Source: Lama glama
Taxonomy: Eukaryota
NCBI GenBank assembly: GCA_028534125.1
Contig: CM052822.1
Coordinates: 63,612,001 to 63,676,000, forward strand
Length of the DNA stretch: 64,000 nucleotides
Reading direction: 5' to 3'
The notes beneath the pieces are model-generated. The model saw only the letters and a list, made by a program, of their open reading frames with translations, had not been told where the DNA came from and searched no databases. The translations under genes were made by a program, and so were the position numbers. The first letter of the stretch is position 1, and the number at the start of each line of letters is the position of its first letter. Positions 62,673-64,000 of the stretch are shown in pieces.

Positions 62673-62944
62673 AAACTGCAAACGACAGCTCTGACTTCTG
62701 GTTTTACATTAACCCCCTTATCCAGACTCCACCTGATGCAAGGCCTGGCTCATCAGAGCACAGGGTTGATTCATCTGGCTCACAAGGACTGGTCACACTA
62801 ACACAGAAGAAACACCAAACCACTGCGTTAGTGAGAGTGACAAACAGACAGTGGGAATGGAGTAGCAGAAATGAATCCTCTCTAGAGGGAAAAACAAAAA
62901 ACACACTATTATTTATAGCTTGTCAGTGACACAAGGAAGTATTT

Positions 62945-63110
62945 GGCTGTTCTTATACCACCTGCCCCAGAATCACCTGGAGAGCCTGGTACAGGTGCAG
63001 ATTCCTGCCCCAGACCCACTGCATCAGAACCTCTGTGGATGGGGGCTGGGAGTCTGCATGTTTCACAGGTACCCAGGGCAAGCTGGGGGAGTGTTAAAAT
63101 TTGGGACCAG
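62945..63110 (+). mobile_element. MER5-type (hAT-Charlie) MITE
   Basis: cagaatcacctggagagcc...gcagattcctgccccagacccactgcatcagaacctctg...gagtctgcatgtttcacagg. Confidence 0.8.
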
Positions 63111-63252
63111 AAAGTGACCAGAGCCATGAATGAGGAACCATGAAAGCTCACTGAGCTCATTCTATAAAAAGAGGAAGTGAAGACAAGAGCAGAAGGAGGA
63201 ATGATCACAGTTCAAAGAGACAGAAACGTGAAGGGACAGAGACTCCCGAATA

Positions 63253-63556
63253 CACGTGGATCTCGGAGATATCATGGGTTTGGCACCAGACCACTGCAAT
63301 AAAGCAAATATCACAATAAAGCAAGTCATAGGAATTTTTTGGCTTCCCAGTGCATATAAAAGTGAAGGTTACACTATACTGTAGTCCACTGAGTGTGCAA
63401 TAGCATTATGTCTACAAAGACAATGTGCATACCTTAATTCAAAAATGCTTTATTGCAAAAAAGATAGTAACCATCTTCTGACACTAGGTTGCCACAAACC
63501 TCCAATTTAAAAAAAAATGCAATATCTATGAATTGTGATAAAATGAGGTTTGCCTG
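63253..63556 (-). mobile_element. Tigger1 internal-deletion derivative (MITE)
   Basis: Both Tigger1 ends are present (ctcggagatatcatgggtttggcaccagaccactgcaataaagc...; ggttgccacaaacctccaattt...aaatgaggtttgcctg), flanked by TA at 63251-63252 and 63557-63558. Confidence 0.88.
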
Positions 63557-63566
63557 TACTAGATTG

Positions 63567-63568
<2 letters not shown>

Positions 63569-63599
<31 letters not shown>
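63569..63599. repeat. (AC)15 microsatellite
   Basis: Read directly. Confidence 0.97.
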
Positions 63600-63603
<4 letters not shown>

Positions 63604-63677
63604 CCAATATATATGTATAGCTGGCTGAATAAGTGACTGGGTTGGATGGGTATTCTTGTTTGCTGGAAAAAGAAACT

Positions 63678-64000
63678 TTTGGTGGCTGGTAAATGTAAAA
63701 ACGAAAAACCAAACCATTTGTAGCAGGGGTCCATTTCCAAGGTATAAATATCCCCACCATAGCCTATTTCCAGCCACAACATGACATCACTGAACACAGA
63801 AGAGATGTACAATCTTACAGTATTTCATAGAAATAGAGTCATAAATCACCCCAAGAGCACAGGTAATAAAAAATGTAATAAAATGATTAGGAAGTGATGA
63901 GTTTTGAGTATTACCTTTGTTTCTGATGTAAGTTATTTAGCTATAAGTTTATATTATTTAATTTTTAAAATAAGTTGTATTTCTGCAAGATTCCTGAAAA
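63678..64000 (+). mobile_element. MER63-type (hAT-Blackjack) DNA transposon, runs off the window end
   Basis: gctggtaaatgt...cccaccatagcctatttccagc...tgacatcactgaacac...attaggaagtgatgagttttgagtattacctttg...caagattcctgaaaa. Confidence 0.75.

Overview
Mammalian genomic DNA, very likely from a camelid (a camelid-type tRNA-derived SINE at ~60.72-60.88 kb and artiodactyl-type L1 3' UTRs). I see no protein-coding gene, RNA gene or CRISPR-like array. The ORF track is noise except where it overlaps LINE relics (L1 ORF2 at 8.4, 16.8, 24 and 39-40 kb; CR1/L3 reverse transcriptase at 53.8 kb). The window reads as intergenic or intronic DNA dense in old MIR, L2, MLT1/MLT2, ERVL LTR and hAT/Tigger relics, with eleven N-runs of 135 nt or more. 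The most notable observations are: (1) a very young, CpG-intact ~345-bp solo LTR at 45.83-46.18 kb with TSD, terminal inverted repeat and a full promoter motif set; (2) a set of strong CTCF motifs, with a divergent pair at 14.8/17.6 kb and a convergent partner at 62.7 kb, one of them beside a MIR that has gained CpGs; (3) a candidate L1 3' transduction at 1.0-1.4 kb and an internally primed L1 at 20.8 kb; (4) a promoter/first-exon-like CpG-rich segment at 58.3-59.5 kb. I cannot support a new multi-gene system from this sequence. Repeat subfamily names come from recalled consensus sequences and need RepeatMasker/Dfam confirmation. Repeat boundaries are approximate unless a TSD is given.
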